Source: Alphaproteobacteria bacterium (GTDB taxonomy: Bacteria > Pseudomonadota > Alphaproteobacteria > SP197). From it: a stretch of 64,000 nucleotides of DNA. Location of the stretch: NCBI GenBank assembly GCA_964291265.2, contig OZ219747.1, forward strand, positions 1,888,001 through 1,952,000. The letters are read 5' to 3'. The position numbers were made by a program, and so were the translations under genes. Positions within the stretch are counted from its first letter, which is position 1, and the number at the start of each line of letters is the position of its first letter. The notes beneath the pieces were generated by a model. It did no database searches, was not told where the DNA came from, and saw nothing but the letters and a program-made list of their open reading frames with translations. Of the stretch, positions 20,898 through 30,147 are shown in pieces.

Positions 20898-21490
20898 TCC
20901 CGCAAGACCCTTGAACGCGGTCACGCGTTACCATCCAGGAATGAGAACGTCTCACCCCGACGCGCCGCTCAGCCTCCCCGGGAAACACCCGGGCCGTCCA
21001 AACGACACCGCATCACGAGACTGCCGCAGCCTCTGAGCCGCAGCGACGCCCGATCCGCCGCCGGGCTGGCTCACAGGTCGCAGCATCCGCCCGAAAACAC
21101 TCGACGCCTGCCGCACCCTGCAGGACGAATGGCGTGACCGCCTCGACAGCATCCCCGAAACCCTCCGTGACACGCCTTACGGAGAACGCCTGCAGAGCGT
21201 CGCCGATGCCGACATCGAGGCTCTCGAGGACATCGAACCGCCACGCGGCTACGGAAGGGACACGTAATCTCGCAAGACCCTTGAACGCGGTCACGCGTTA
21301 CCATCCAGGAATGAGAACGTCTCACCCCGACGCGCCGCTCAGCCTCCCCGGGAAACCCCCGGGCCGTCCAAACGACACCACATCACGAGACTGCCGCAGC
21401 CGCTGAGCCGCAGCAACGCCCGATCCGCCGCCGGACTGGCTCACAGGTCGCAGCATCCGCCCGAAAACACTCGACGCCTGCCGCACCCTG
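20746..21490 (+). repeat. 370-bp tandem duplication inside the IS21 transposon
   Basis: CCCTGCAGGACGAATGGCGTGACC occurs at 20746 and 21116; the two units are near-identical. Confidence 0.85.
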
Positions 21491-22104
21491 CGCCGCCGCA
21501 ACCGCAACGCACGCAGCCTCTTCGCCCAGCGCAACAGAAACCGTCAGCTCTCCAGCCTCGAGATCGTCCCGCCCGACGAACCACGACGAGGACGGAGAAC
21601 GCCAGAACGAAACCACGCGCAAAAGCCTGAAGCTCCCCTCCCACATCACGTTCCACAAACGCCGAACGCCAGAAAACGCCGACCGGAACGACATCGTCAA
21701 CGTCAATGCAAGACCAATGGGATCCAACAATAGGCAGAAAACAAAGACCGGGCGGACCTTCGTCCAATGCCGCACGTTCTCCTGTCGTGGTCACCCACTC
21801 ACACGATCAGCGCCCAAAAGAGCGGTTCTCCGCCAATATCCCGCCGTTCTAAATCGCCGCCGACAGCTGATCACACAACGCGCGGATTACGTCTTCGTCG
21901 TCAAGGGCAACGCTCCGGAGACCTTCGCCATCCTCGACAGCATCAATTGGCAAAAGGACGCCACCGGCCACTTCACGGAGCCGTTCGACAAGGCGCACGG
22001 TCGACTGGAGCAGCGTTCGATCAGCGTCCTCGTCCCGTTGGACGGTCTGATCAACTATCCGGGCGTCCGTCAGGTCGCCCGCATCACCCGCTATCGGGAG
22101 CCGT

Positions 22105-22301
22105 GGAAGAAAGGCTCCGGCGATGCCGGGAAGGAAGGCCCCGGCGATGCCGGGAAGGAAGGCCCTGGCGATGCCGGGAAGAAAGGCTCCGGCGATGCCG
22201 GGAAGGAAGGCTCCGGCGATGCCGGGAAGGAAGGCCCTGGCGATGCCGGGAAGGAAGGCCCCGGCGATGCCGGGAAGAAAGGCCCCGACGATGCCGGGAA
22301 G
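22105..22301 (+). repeat. 24-bp coding tandem repeat (x8) encoding GK[E/K]G[S/P]GDA in the ISAs1 transposase
   Basis: GGAAG(G/A)AAGGC(T/C)C(C/T)GGCGATGCCG units without spacers. Confidence 0.9.
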
Positions 22302-23842
22302 CAAGAAGAGAAGGATTACACGGAAACCGATTACATCATCACCTCTCTCGATACGGGGGCCACGTCGCCGGAAGAGTTGCTGCGACTGAACCGCCGCCAC
22401 TGGGCCGTGGAAAATCTGAACCATCGACAAAGGGATTGCGTCTTCGGCGAAGACGCCTGCCTGACCCGCACCGACAACGGCCCGGCGAACCGGGCCAGCC
22501 TCAACAACATCGCGCTCGCGGTGATCTTCGCCAACCGCCGCGAGGCCGAAAGCCTCGCCGAAACCCGGCGCCGCCTACAACTGGACCGTCGCGAGGCCAT
22601 CAACGCCCTGACCCGGCCCTGAGACGCCTTGAACGTCCGGGGATCCCGGAACGCTGCCAGAACATCGAGAACCAGTAAGCGTTCGGCCACGCGGTGATTG
22701 TTGGTGATATTCACCGGTTGAGGATGCGTTTGGGAGGCGCACCACGTGGCGGTTCGCTGTTGGGTCCGAAGACGATGGGTCCGGGTCGGGTTGCTCGTCG
22801 TTGGGGTGGCGGCAGGGTGATGAGGCCGTCGCGGTGCATGGCCAGAAAGGCGACATGCGCCATCATGTTCTTGAGGCCCCGTCGGGCTTGTATCAGCCGG
22901 TCTCGCGGCAGAAGGCGCGGGCGATGGCCGCACGGGTGGGGTGCTGGGTGATCAGGGAGCGCAACAGCGCCATCTCGTGCGCGGTGAAGTCACGGCCGTC
23001 GTAACGGCACTCGATCACCCCGGTTCCATGAGGTCCCTTCGACGCTCCGGGGGCATCGACCATGGCAGCCACGGGTCGAGGTCATCCGGCGGCTTGCCGC
23101 CGTTCTGCGCGCAGGCCTCAAGCCACTCATGAAGCCAGCGCCGAACATTGATGTTGTTCATGGCAAGGGTGCCGATGACCGAGTACATGATGGCGGTGAA
23201 GGCGGCGCCTTCCTCGCTGTCGGAGCCGAAGCTCAGCTTTCTCGCGGTCACCGCACCCCGGAGGGTTCTCTCGGCAAAGTTGTTGTCCATGGGCACCTGG
23301 GGATGGTCGACAAAGACGCACAGTCCCTCGCGGTGACGGATCAGGGAACGCAAGGGCTTCGCTTCGCGTGCACCCTCGGGCAAGGCGTCGAGTTCCTCCT
23401 GAGCCTGCCTGAACAGCGCCTCGACAGCCGCACGAAGGTCCTTCTGCAGGGCATTGAACCTCGCTGACTGACGCTTGCGTGCGGGATCGTAGTGCTTCAG
23501 CCGTTGCCCATTCAGTGTGTAGATCAGCGCGATCCTGTCGAGCCACTTGTCGCACCACTCTTCCAGCCCCTCTTGGCCTGCCGCAGCCTCGATCACATCG
23601 CGCCTGGAGTGCGCCCAGCAAAGGCAGAGGATCACCTTGCCATCAAGCTCACGCTCCAGTTTCCTGTAGACCGCGTAGCGATCGCAGACAAGGAAGACGG
23701 TGCCTTCGGTGGAGGCGAACAGCACCATGGCCACCCGGGTGCTGCGTGACGGGTCGATAAGGAAGAAGACGGAGTCGGCGCTGACCGCGGTCCACAGCCA
23801 GGCCTTCTGCGAGCGCCCCGAGGCCTTGAGGGACTGGATGCG

Positions 23843-25761
23843 GTGTGCCAGGCGAACTGGCGGAAGGTAGGGGGTGAAAGTCCCCTGAAACGAAGGAGTA
23901 ACCAAACCACGTTTCTCCGCGAGCCGTGCGTCGGTTCCCGCGAGGGGGCAGGCGAAGCGTCGGTAGCGGTACGGATGGGCAGGGCTAATGAGCACCGAAA
24001 AGTCCGTTGTTCGGGGTGCCGAGGCTTTCGCATCGGTCGAAGGCAACATCGCAGGCATCGATTTGGTGAGATGTCGGCGAGCCCCGCGGTGTCGGAGAAC
24101 CCATGCACGTCCGCACGCCTTCTGTTGGGACCCTGGGAGGTCTTCGAACTATCCCGCCTGTCGTGGCGGGACCGTGTAGGGAAAGGAGAAAGCCGAAGCC
24201 TATGAGGAACGGTTTGAAGAAGTCGGATGGGGCCGTAAGACCGGTGAAGGCGGCGAACAAGGGAGCGTCAGCTTCTGCGGAGTCGCTGGAGGAAAGGGCC
24301 TCAACCAAGGGGAATCCGGGACGCCAAAGCACGCACCGAACGCAGTGTCGGGCAAGTGTGCCACAGGCGGCGGACCGGATACGGGAAGCTGCAGAGAGGA
24401 ACCCGAAGGAGCGTCTCACTGCACTCTTCCATCACATTACGCCGGACGCGCTCCGGGCGGCCTACTTCGGTTTGAAGAAGGAAGCCTCGGCAGGTGTCGA
24501 CGGCGTGACGTGGGCGGCGTATGGCGAGGGTCTGGACGAGCGCTTGCTTGATCTGCACTCGCGCCTGCATCGTGGGGGAGCGTACCGGGCGCCGCCGGTT
24601 CGGCGGGTTGAGATACCCAAGCCGGACGGCGGGACACGACCGCTCGGGATTGCCGCACTGGAGGACAAGATCGTCCAGAAGGCGGTTGTGGATGTGATCC
24701 TGACACCGATTTATGAGGTGGAGTTCCTTGGCTTCAGCTACGGGTTCCGACCGGGCCGAGGGGCGCATGACGCTCTCGACGCCCTGGCGTTCGGGATCGA
24801 GCGGCGCAAGGTCAACTGGATAGTCGACGCGGACATTCAGGGGTACTTCGACACAATCCCGAGGGATTGGTTGATCAAGTTCCTGGAGCATCGCATTGGC
24901 GACAGGCGGGTGATCCGTCTGATCCGCAAGTGGCTGAACGCTGGCGTCATGACCGACGGATCATGGAGCGACACCGGTGCGGGCACGCCTCAGGGCGCCA
25001 TTGTCAGCCCCTGCCTGGCGAACGTGTTTCTGCACTACGTGCTCGATCTGTGGTTTCACAAGGCATGGCGTCCGAAGGTTCCGAACGGTAAAGCGATCAT
25101 TGTCCGCTACGCGGACGATATTGTGGTCGGGTTCCAGCATAAGCGGGATGCGGAGACATACCTTCGCGACGTTCGGGAGAGGCTGGACCGCTTTGGTCTC
25201 ACCCTTCACCCGGACAAGACCCGTCTCGTTGAGTTTGGACGGTTTGCCAAGGCGAACCGGCGATCTCGCGGGGCGGGCAGGCCGGAGACGTTCGACTTCC
25301 TGGGCTTCACGCACTTCTGCACGGAGACCCGGAGAGGACGCTTCAGGCTTGGTCGCAAGCCGGTCGCAAAACGGGTCGCAAGGACCCTGGCGCGCATCGA
25401 GGAGGTGCTTCGCAATCGACGGCATCACGACATATGGGAGGTCGGCATGTGGCTTGGGCGAGTTGTCAATGGCTGGTCCAACTACTTCGCCGTTCCGGGG
25501 TCGACCCGATGGCTGCGCACGTTCCGCCAAAGGCTGCAACGCCTATGGCTGCGAGCGATCCGCCGCCGCTCCCAGCGCCACTGCTTTGACTGGAAGCGAT
25601 TGGAGCGCATGACCGAGCTTCTTTGGCCGCGCGTCTCCATCCGCCACCCATGGCCGGACCAGCGGTTTACCGTCAAGCACCCGAGGTAGGAGCCGGATGG
25701 ATTAACGTCCATGTCCGGATCTGTGCGGGGGGTGCGCAGCAATGCGCATCCCTACCGCGAC
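23843..25761 (+). mobile_element. Group II intron, copy 1 (1919 bp, probably bacterial class E-like)
   Basis: 5' GTGTG and 3' CCCTACCGCGAC; domain V GAGCCGGATGG...CCGGATCTGTGCGGGG. Removal restores the tnpC sequence seen uninterrupted near 53788. Confidence 0.95.
24358..25689 (+). CDS. ltrA: Group II intron reverse transcriptase/maturase (no endonuclease domain)
   Basis: IPKPDGGTRPLGI, SYGFRPGR, GTPQG, YADD, FDFLGF. GTG start is inferred; the open frame begins at 24103. Confidence 0.95.
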   Translation: MPQAADRIREAAERNPKERLTALFHHITPDALRAAYFGLKKEASAGVDGVTWAAYGEGLDERLLDLHSRLHRGGAYRAPPVRRVEIPKPDGGTRPLGIAALEDKIVQKAVVDVILTPIYEVEFLGFSYGFRPGRGAHDALDALAFGIERRKVNWIVDADIQGYFDTIPRDWLIKFLEHRIGDRRVIRLIRKWLNAGVMTDGSWSDTGAGTPQGAIVSPCLANVFLHYVLDLWFHKAWRPKVPNGKAIIVRYADDIVVGFQHKRDAETYLRDVRERLDRFGLTLHPDKTRLVEFGRFAKANRRSRGAGRPETFDFLGFTHFCTETRRGRFRLGRKPVAKRVARTLARIEEVLRNRRHHDIWEVGMWLGRVVNGWSNYFAVPGSTRWLRTFRQRLQRLWLRAIRRRSQRHCFDWKRLERMTELLWPRVSIRHPWPDQRFTVKHPR

Positions 25762-27011
25762 CCAGCTGGTCTCGTCGCCGTGGCGCACCGTCAGCCGGTT
25801 CTGATGATCGAGGATGGCCTGAGCGAGAGGCGCGAACATCGGCGTCATCTTCTTCATGCCGCCAGCGATCGTTCCCGGCGCCATCGGCAGTCCCTGGTCT
25901 TCCAGCCATCGCGAGACCCGGCGCAGGGGACGCAAGCAGGCGAAGCGCTCATAGAGCACGCATGCCCAGACACTGATGCCGAAGGGGGTATTCGCAAGCA
26001 AGCGCAAAGGTGGCGGCGCGATGATCTCCGCAGGCGCCGACGAACACTGACAACCACGGCGCCAACGCCCACGCTCAATCCGCCGGACATGAGCCTTGAC
26101 ATGGACCTCCATGATCGAGGTCTCGTGGCTGCCGTTGGCCACATAGGGCTCGCCGCAACACGGGCACGTGCGCTGCGATGCCGGTGGATCATGGCGTTCG
26201 TGCTTCTCCTTGAGCTTCGGACGCGGAGTGCGCCCGTGGCCGCTCTTGCCAGGTTGCTGACCCCGCTTGTTCCCGGTGCCTTCCTTCTTCTTCCGTTTCT
26301 CGCTCTTCGACCCGAAGCGCGCCGTCGCGTGCTTGGCACGCGTCCCGCGGAGATTCCTCAGCTCGCTCGCCTGTTCAGCGTTCTTGAGCTTCAGAGCGTC
26401 CCTTTCCTGCTCCAGCGCCTCCGCTCGGGCCTGTCCACGCTTCACCTCCCGGCGAGCCTCCTTGAGCTGATCACGAGTGCGGTCGAGATGAAACTTGAAT
26501 GTGCCCGCACGGGCACGGGCAGAATTCTTCGCACGGCGCAGGTCACGCATACGCGCTTCCGCCGCATCCGCACGAACCCGCTCCGCCTCATAGAGCGCAC
26601 GCCAGTCAGGCGCCTCGCATGACAAGGCCACTGACGCCCGACATAGGCCGTCACCACCTCCCGTCAGCTGCTGTGTCGCTCCGCGCGTCTCGGCAAAAGT
26701 CTTCATGGCCTCGACCATAATCGAGACCAAACGAGTTTACCAGCTCTTTCTCAGACGATAGTCAGCAAGACCCAAACCAACCAAAATCAGCCATCACCGA
26801 ACGGCCGAACGCTTACGAGAACCAAGCATCCGGGCCGAAAACGCTGCCAGTGTCGCTGTGCGGGCGGCACTGAAGCCACGGAATCCGCCCAGTGACATCC
26901 CGATTCGGCCGCGATTCGTCGGCCTCGCGCAAGATCAGATGGCCGATTCGGGCGCAATTCATCAGCTTCCCGAAAAATCAGCCGTAGCGTAGGAAAGTCC
27001 TGCGTGGCGCC

Positions 27012-27250
27012 TGGCCCGGGACCTGCCAGCATCAAGACCTCGATAACGAAGGCTTCGATGTATTGGTTCGGGATCGGGAGGTCCACGCGCCGGGCGCTGT
27101 CGGCCGGATCCGTGGAGGTCAAGGACCATGTTTCGTCCTTGTTGGGCGATGCGGCTGGCCGGCGTGATCTCGGGCTCATGAGCGTGCGAGACGCTCGACG
27201 CTCATGACGCGGCACACGGCGATGGCGTCGAAGGCCAGACACCCCTCATC
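27012..27250 (-). pseudogene. Degenerate IS4-type transposase C-terminal remnant (paralog at about 54960-55165)
   Basis: CLAFDAIAVCRV...IEAFVIEV; the same sequence recurs next to Rpn copy 2. Confidence 0.45.
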
Positions 27251-27297
27251 TCGCCGGTCTGGCGAAGCCGGTCCGTATGCCGGCCTTCAGGGTCTTG

Positions 27298-27437
27298 GAG
27301 TGTGTTCCTTAAGTCGTTGCGATGCCTATATCTCGCATGGGTGGCCTCAGCCCAGGCCATGGTACCCACCATATGTGCTGTTGTGCACCTGATGAATGCC
27401 ACGATTCGTGATTATCCGCGACGTCAGGAACAAACTC
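27298..27437. mobile_element. 140-bp MITE
   Basis: TIR GAGTGTGTTCCT / AGGAACAAACTC; absent from the paralogous sequence near 55980. Confidence 0.6.
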
Positions 27438-27605
27438 TTCAAGGACTCTTCAATCGCAGGTGCTCGATCAAGGGGGCCATGATGAGGGTGACGGTGGCAA
27501 CCACGCACCGTCCCGAGTCTCGCCCGCACTCGCTAAGTTCCATGATACCTCGATCGCTGCGTGACCGAACGCTTACCGAGGGAGAGTGACGCTCGCAGCT
27601 CCGCC

Positions 27606-28385
27606 TCAGTGCAACCGGGGCTGCCGGATGAAGACGAAGGTCGACGGCGAAGACGATTCGGGGTCGAACCGGTAGCCGTCGGCGTCGAAGGACTTGAGAT
27701 CCTCGATGCTGTCGATCCGGTTGCGGATGACGTAGCGCGCCATCATGCCGCGCGACACCTTGGCGGTGAATCCCATGGTGCGCGCCACGCCGTTTCTCAT
27801 CTCCTTGAACACCGGCGTGATGACGGACGCCTTGAGCCGGTCCGGGGGAATGGCGCTGAAGTACTCCTTCGAGGCCGCGTTGACGACGACCCGCGAATCC
27901 AGCTGCCTGAGGTCGCGGTTGAGGGCGCGGGCAATCCTGTCGCCCCAGAAGTCATAGAGACTGTGACCCCGGGGCGTGGTGAGCCGTGTGCCCATTTCCA
28001 GGCGATAGGGCTGGATGAGGTCGAGCGGCCGCAGCACGCCGTAGAGGCCCGAAATGATGCGCAGATGCGTCTGCGCATGGTCGAGATCCTCGGACGAGAG
28101 GCTCGCGGCATCGAGTCCGCGGTAGGTGTCGCCGGCGAAGGCGAGGACAGCCTGTTTCGCGTTCTCCGGCGTGTGCTCGAGGCGGAAGGCGCGGTAGCGG
28201 TCACGGTTGAGATCGGCGAGTTTCTCCGAGAGTCCCATGAGGCCCGCAAGGTCGACGGCGCTGAGCGTGCGCGTGGTCTTCATCAGTTCGCGGGTCTGGG
28301 CCATCAGCAACGGCTTCGTCCAGGCAATCCCTGGATCGGGGTCTTCGAAGTTGAGGGCCTTGGCAGGCGACACGACGACGAGCAT
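27606..28385 (-). CDS. yaaA: Peroxide stress protein YaaA
   Basis: MLVVVSPAK, GDTYRGL, SGLYGVLRPLDLIQPYRLEMG, ASKEY. Confidence 0.95.
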   Translation of the reverse strand: MLVVVSPAKALNFEDPDPGIAWTKPLLMAQTRELMKTTRTLSAVDLAGLMGLSEKLADLNRDRYRAFRLEHTPENAKQAVLAFAGDTYRGLDAASLSSEDLDHAQTHLRIISGLYGVLRPLDLIQPYRLEMGTRLTTPRGHSLYDFWGDRIARALNRDLRQLDSRVVVNAASKEYFSAIPPDRLKASVITPVFKEMRNGVARTMGFTAKVSRGMMARYVIRNRIDSIEDLKSFDADGYRFDPESSSPSTFVFIRQPRLH

Positions 28386-28447
28386 CTTCTTCCTCCCTTG
28401 CACCGCTTCCTGTTTAGTCCGGCTCGCGGCCGGCTGCAAATCCCGCC

Positions 28448-29230
28448 TCAGCGACCCTTCCACACGGGCCGGCGCCTTTCGATGAAGGCGCGGGCCCCTT
28501 CCTTCGAATCTTCCGATTCCAGGACCCGGGACATCATGGTGAAGCGGCCTTGCGAGTCGAGCCGTGCGGCTTCGTGCGGCGGCAGATCGCCGGCCATGTT
28601 GACCATCTGCTTTTCCGCGCGCACCGACAGCGGTGCGGCGGCGGCGATGTCGCGGGCGATGTCGCGCGCCGCGTCCATGACCCCGCCCTCCGGGGTCATC
28701 CGGCTCACCAGGCGCAGGTCGAAGGCTTCCTGGGCGTCCATCCGCCTTCCGGTGTAGAGCATCTCGAGGGCGACACTGCGCGGCAGCCTGGAGAGCAGAC
28801 GCGGCACGCTCGATGCGGCCGTGATGAGGCCGACATTGACCTCCGAGAGGAAGAACACGGCATTCCGGGATGCCACCAGAATGTCACCGGCGAGAGCGAG
28901 TTCGAATCCCCCGGCCACGCAATAGCCGTTGATGGCCATGATGACGGGTTTCTCGAGATCGAAGTTGCGTGACAGCCCTCCGAAACCCCAGCGTCCGTAC
29001 TCCTTGTCGGGTTCGTCCTCGGCGCCCTCGTTGAGATCCCAGCCGGTGCAGAAGAACCGGTCACCCGCCCCGGTCAGGATGGCGACGCGCAGGTTCGCGT
29101 CCTCGTGGAACATTTCGAAGGCGTCGTTCATATCCCGGCTGGTTGCCGCTCCGATGGCGTTGGCCTTCGGGTTGTCGAGAGTGACTTCCAGGATGTGACC
29201 ATCAATCCTCGTGTGAACCGTCCGTGTCAT
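28448..29230 (-). CDS. Enoyl-CoA hydratase/carnitinyl-CoA dehydratase-like crotonase
   Basis: FCTGWDL, KPVIMAINGYCVAGGFELAL, EGARAFIERRRPVWKGR. Confidence 0.9.
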   Translation of the reverse strand: MTRTVHTRIDGHILEVTLDNPKANAIGAATSRDMNDAFEMFHEDANLRVAILTGAGDRFFCTGWDLNEGAEDEPDKEYGRWGFGGLSRNFDLEKPVIMAINGYCVAGGFELALAGDILVASRNAVFFLSEVNVGLITAASSVPRLLSRLPRSVALEMLYTGRRMDAQEAFDLRLVSRMTPEGGVMDAARDIARDIAAAAPLSVRAEKQMVNMAGDLPPHEAARLDSQGRFTMMSRVLESEDSKEGARAFIERRRPVWKGR

Positions 29231-30147
29231 GACGCCCTTCCGTCCTGCCTCGCCGCAGAACCTAGACCTGCCATGTCATGAAAATTAGGTCTGGACGTGC
29301 CGCTTGGTCTGCGCTAGCTTGCCGCCATGATGGCACGATCCAGCATTCTTCACACTCTGCGCGAGGACGGGGCCCGGGCGCGCGTTGCTGCCATCCTGTC
29401 GCGGGAGCAGCACTCTGGCCGTCGGGCTGCGAGCCGCCGGGTATGCGAGGAGTTTTCGTTCCGGGACGCGGCCGGGCGTTGGCAGCTGTCGAGTTGTCTG
29501 AAGGCCCTGACCACGTTGGCATTGTCGTATCCGGAGATCCGGCTTCCGGCACCACAGGCTGCTGCCGTGGACAACTCTCCGCGTCTTCTTGACGGAGAAG
29601 TGCCGCTGCCGGTCGGGGTGCCGTCCCGTCTGTCCGGGATTGCGCAGGTGCAACTGTCGGTGGTGACCGAGGTTTCGGAGCGAACGGTATGGAACACGTT
29701 GATGGCGCGCGAGCATCCTCATGGCATGACGACGTTTGCCGGCTGTCAGGTGCGCTATCTTGTGACGTCGGAGCACGGGATCCTGGGTGCGGTCGGGATC
29801 TCGGCGGCGGCGTTGACGGGCGAGGCCCGCGATCGCTGGATGGCATGGACGCCGTCCCAGCGGCGGGATCATCTCCAGCGGGTGGTCTGTCTGAGCCGGT
29901 TTCTGCTTCGGGTGCGGTGCCGGCACCTGGCGAGCCATGTTCTGGGGCGACTTCTCCGGCGTCTGCCGAGGGATTTCGAGGCCCGGTATGGATTCCGTCC
30001 CCTGGTGGTGGAAACCTATGCGGACGAGGGCTATGCCGGGACCTGCCTGCGGGCTGCGAACTTCGTGTGTGCGGGGCGGACGAAGGGTCGGGGTCGTCAG
30101 GATCGTCACCATCGCGCTGCCAAGACCGTCAAGACGGTCTGGATGCG

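Larger units (their letters stand above)
16522..21865 (+). mobile_element. IS21-family transposon (5.3 kb) with passenger genes
   Basis: TG...CA ends; TIRs TGTTGATGGCTGCATAGAACGGCGGGAT vs TGTCGGCGGCGATTTAGAACGGCGGGAT; 5-bp TSD GCTGA at 16517-16521 and 21866-21870. Confidence 0.9.
15197..22622 (+). pseudogene. DUF4338-ISAs1 DDE transposase, frameshifted near 16347 and split by IS21 (pieces 15197-16521 and 21871-22622)
   Basis: HHYLG and NNTRFLIL (DUF4338); PDFRRAQGRKH, ADGKRIRG, ITLDALHT|ADYVFVVKGN, HGRLEQR and HWAVEN...FGED (ISAs1). Confidence 0.88.
23015..26730 (-). pseudogene. tnpC: IS66 transposase TnpC split by antisense intron (25762-26730 + 23015-23842)
   Basis: RFGSKSE, CPCCG, HGDETSW|RIQ, CDRY, CWAHSRR, DNNFAERTLR. 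Confidence 0.9.
22675..26816 (-). mobile_element. IS66-family element (TnpC only), interrupted by group II intron
   Basis: GTAAGCGTTCGGCC TIRs at both ends; 8-bp TSD GAGAACCA at 22667-22674 and 26817-26824. Confidence 0.93.
15161..27002 (+). mobile_element. ISAs1-family element with DUF4338 N-terminal domain, carrying nested IS21 and IS66
   Basis: Imperfect TIRs CAAGGCCTTCCCACGCT / reverse complement CAGGACTTTCCTACGCT; 9-bp TSD CGTGGCGCC at 15152-15160 and 27003-27011. Confidence 0.85.

Noticed and set aside
22105-22301. 24-bp repeats as a CRISPR array
   Set aside because: No spacers, in-frame coding repeats, and no cas genes.
24358-25689. RT as a retron, DGR or defence RT
   Set aside because: Clear group II intron boundaries, domains V/VI and precise exon restoration; no TR/VR pair or msr-msd seen.
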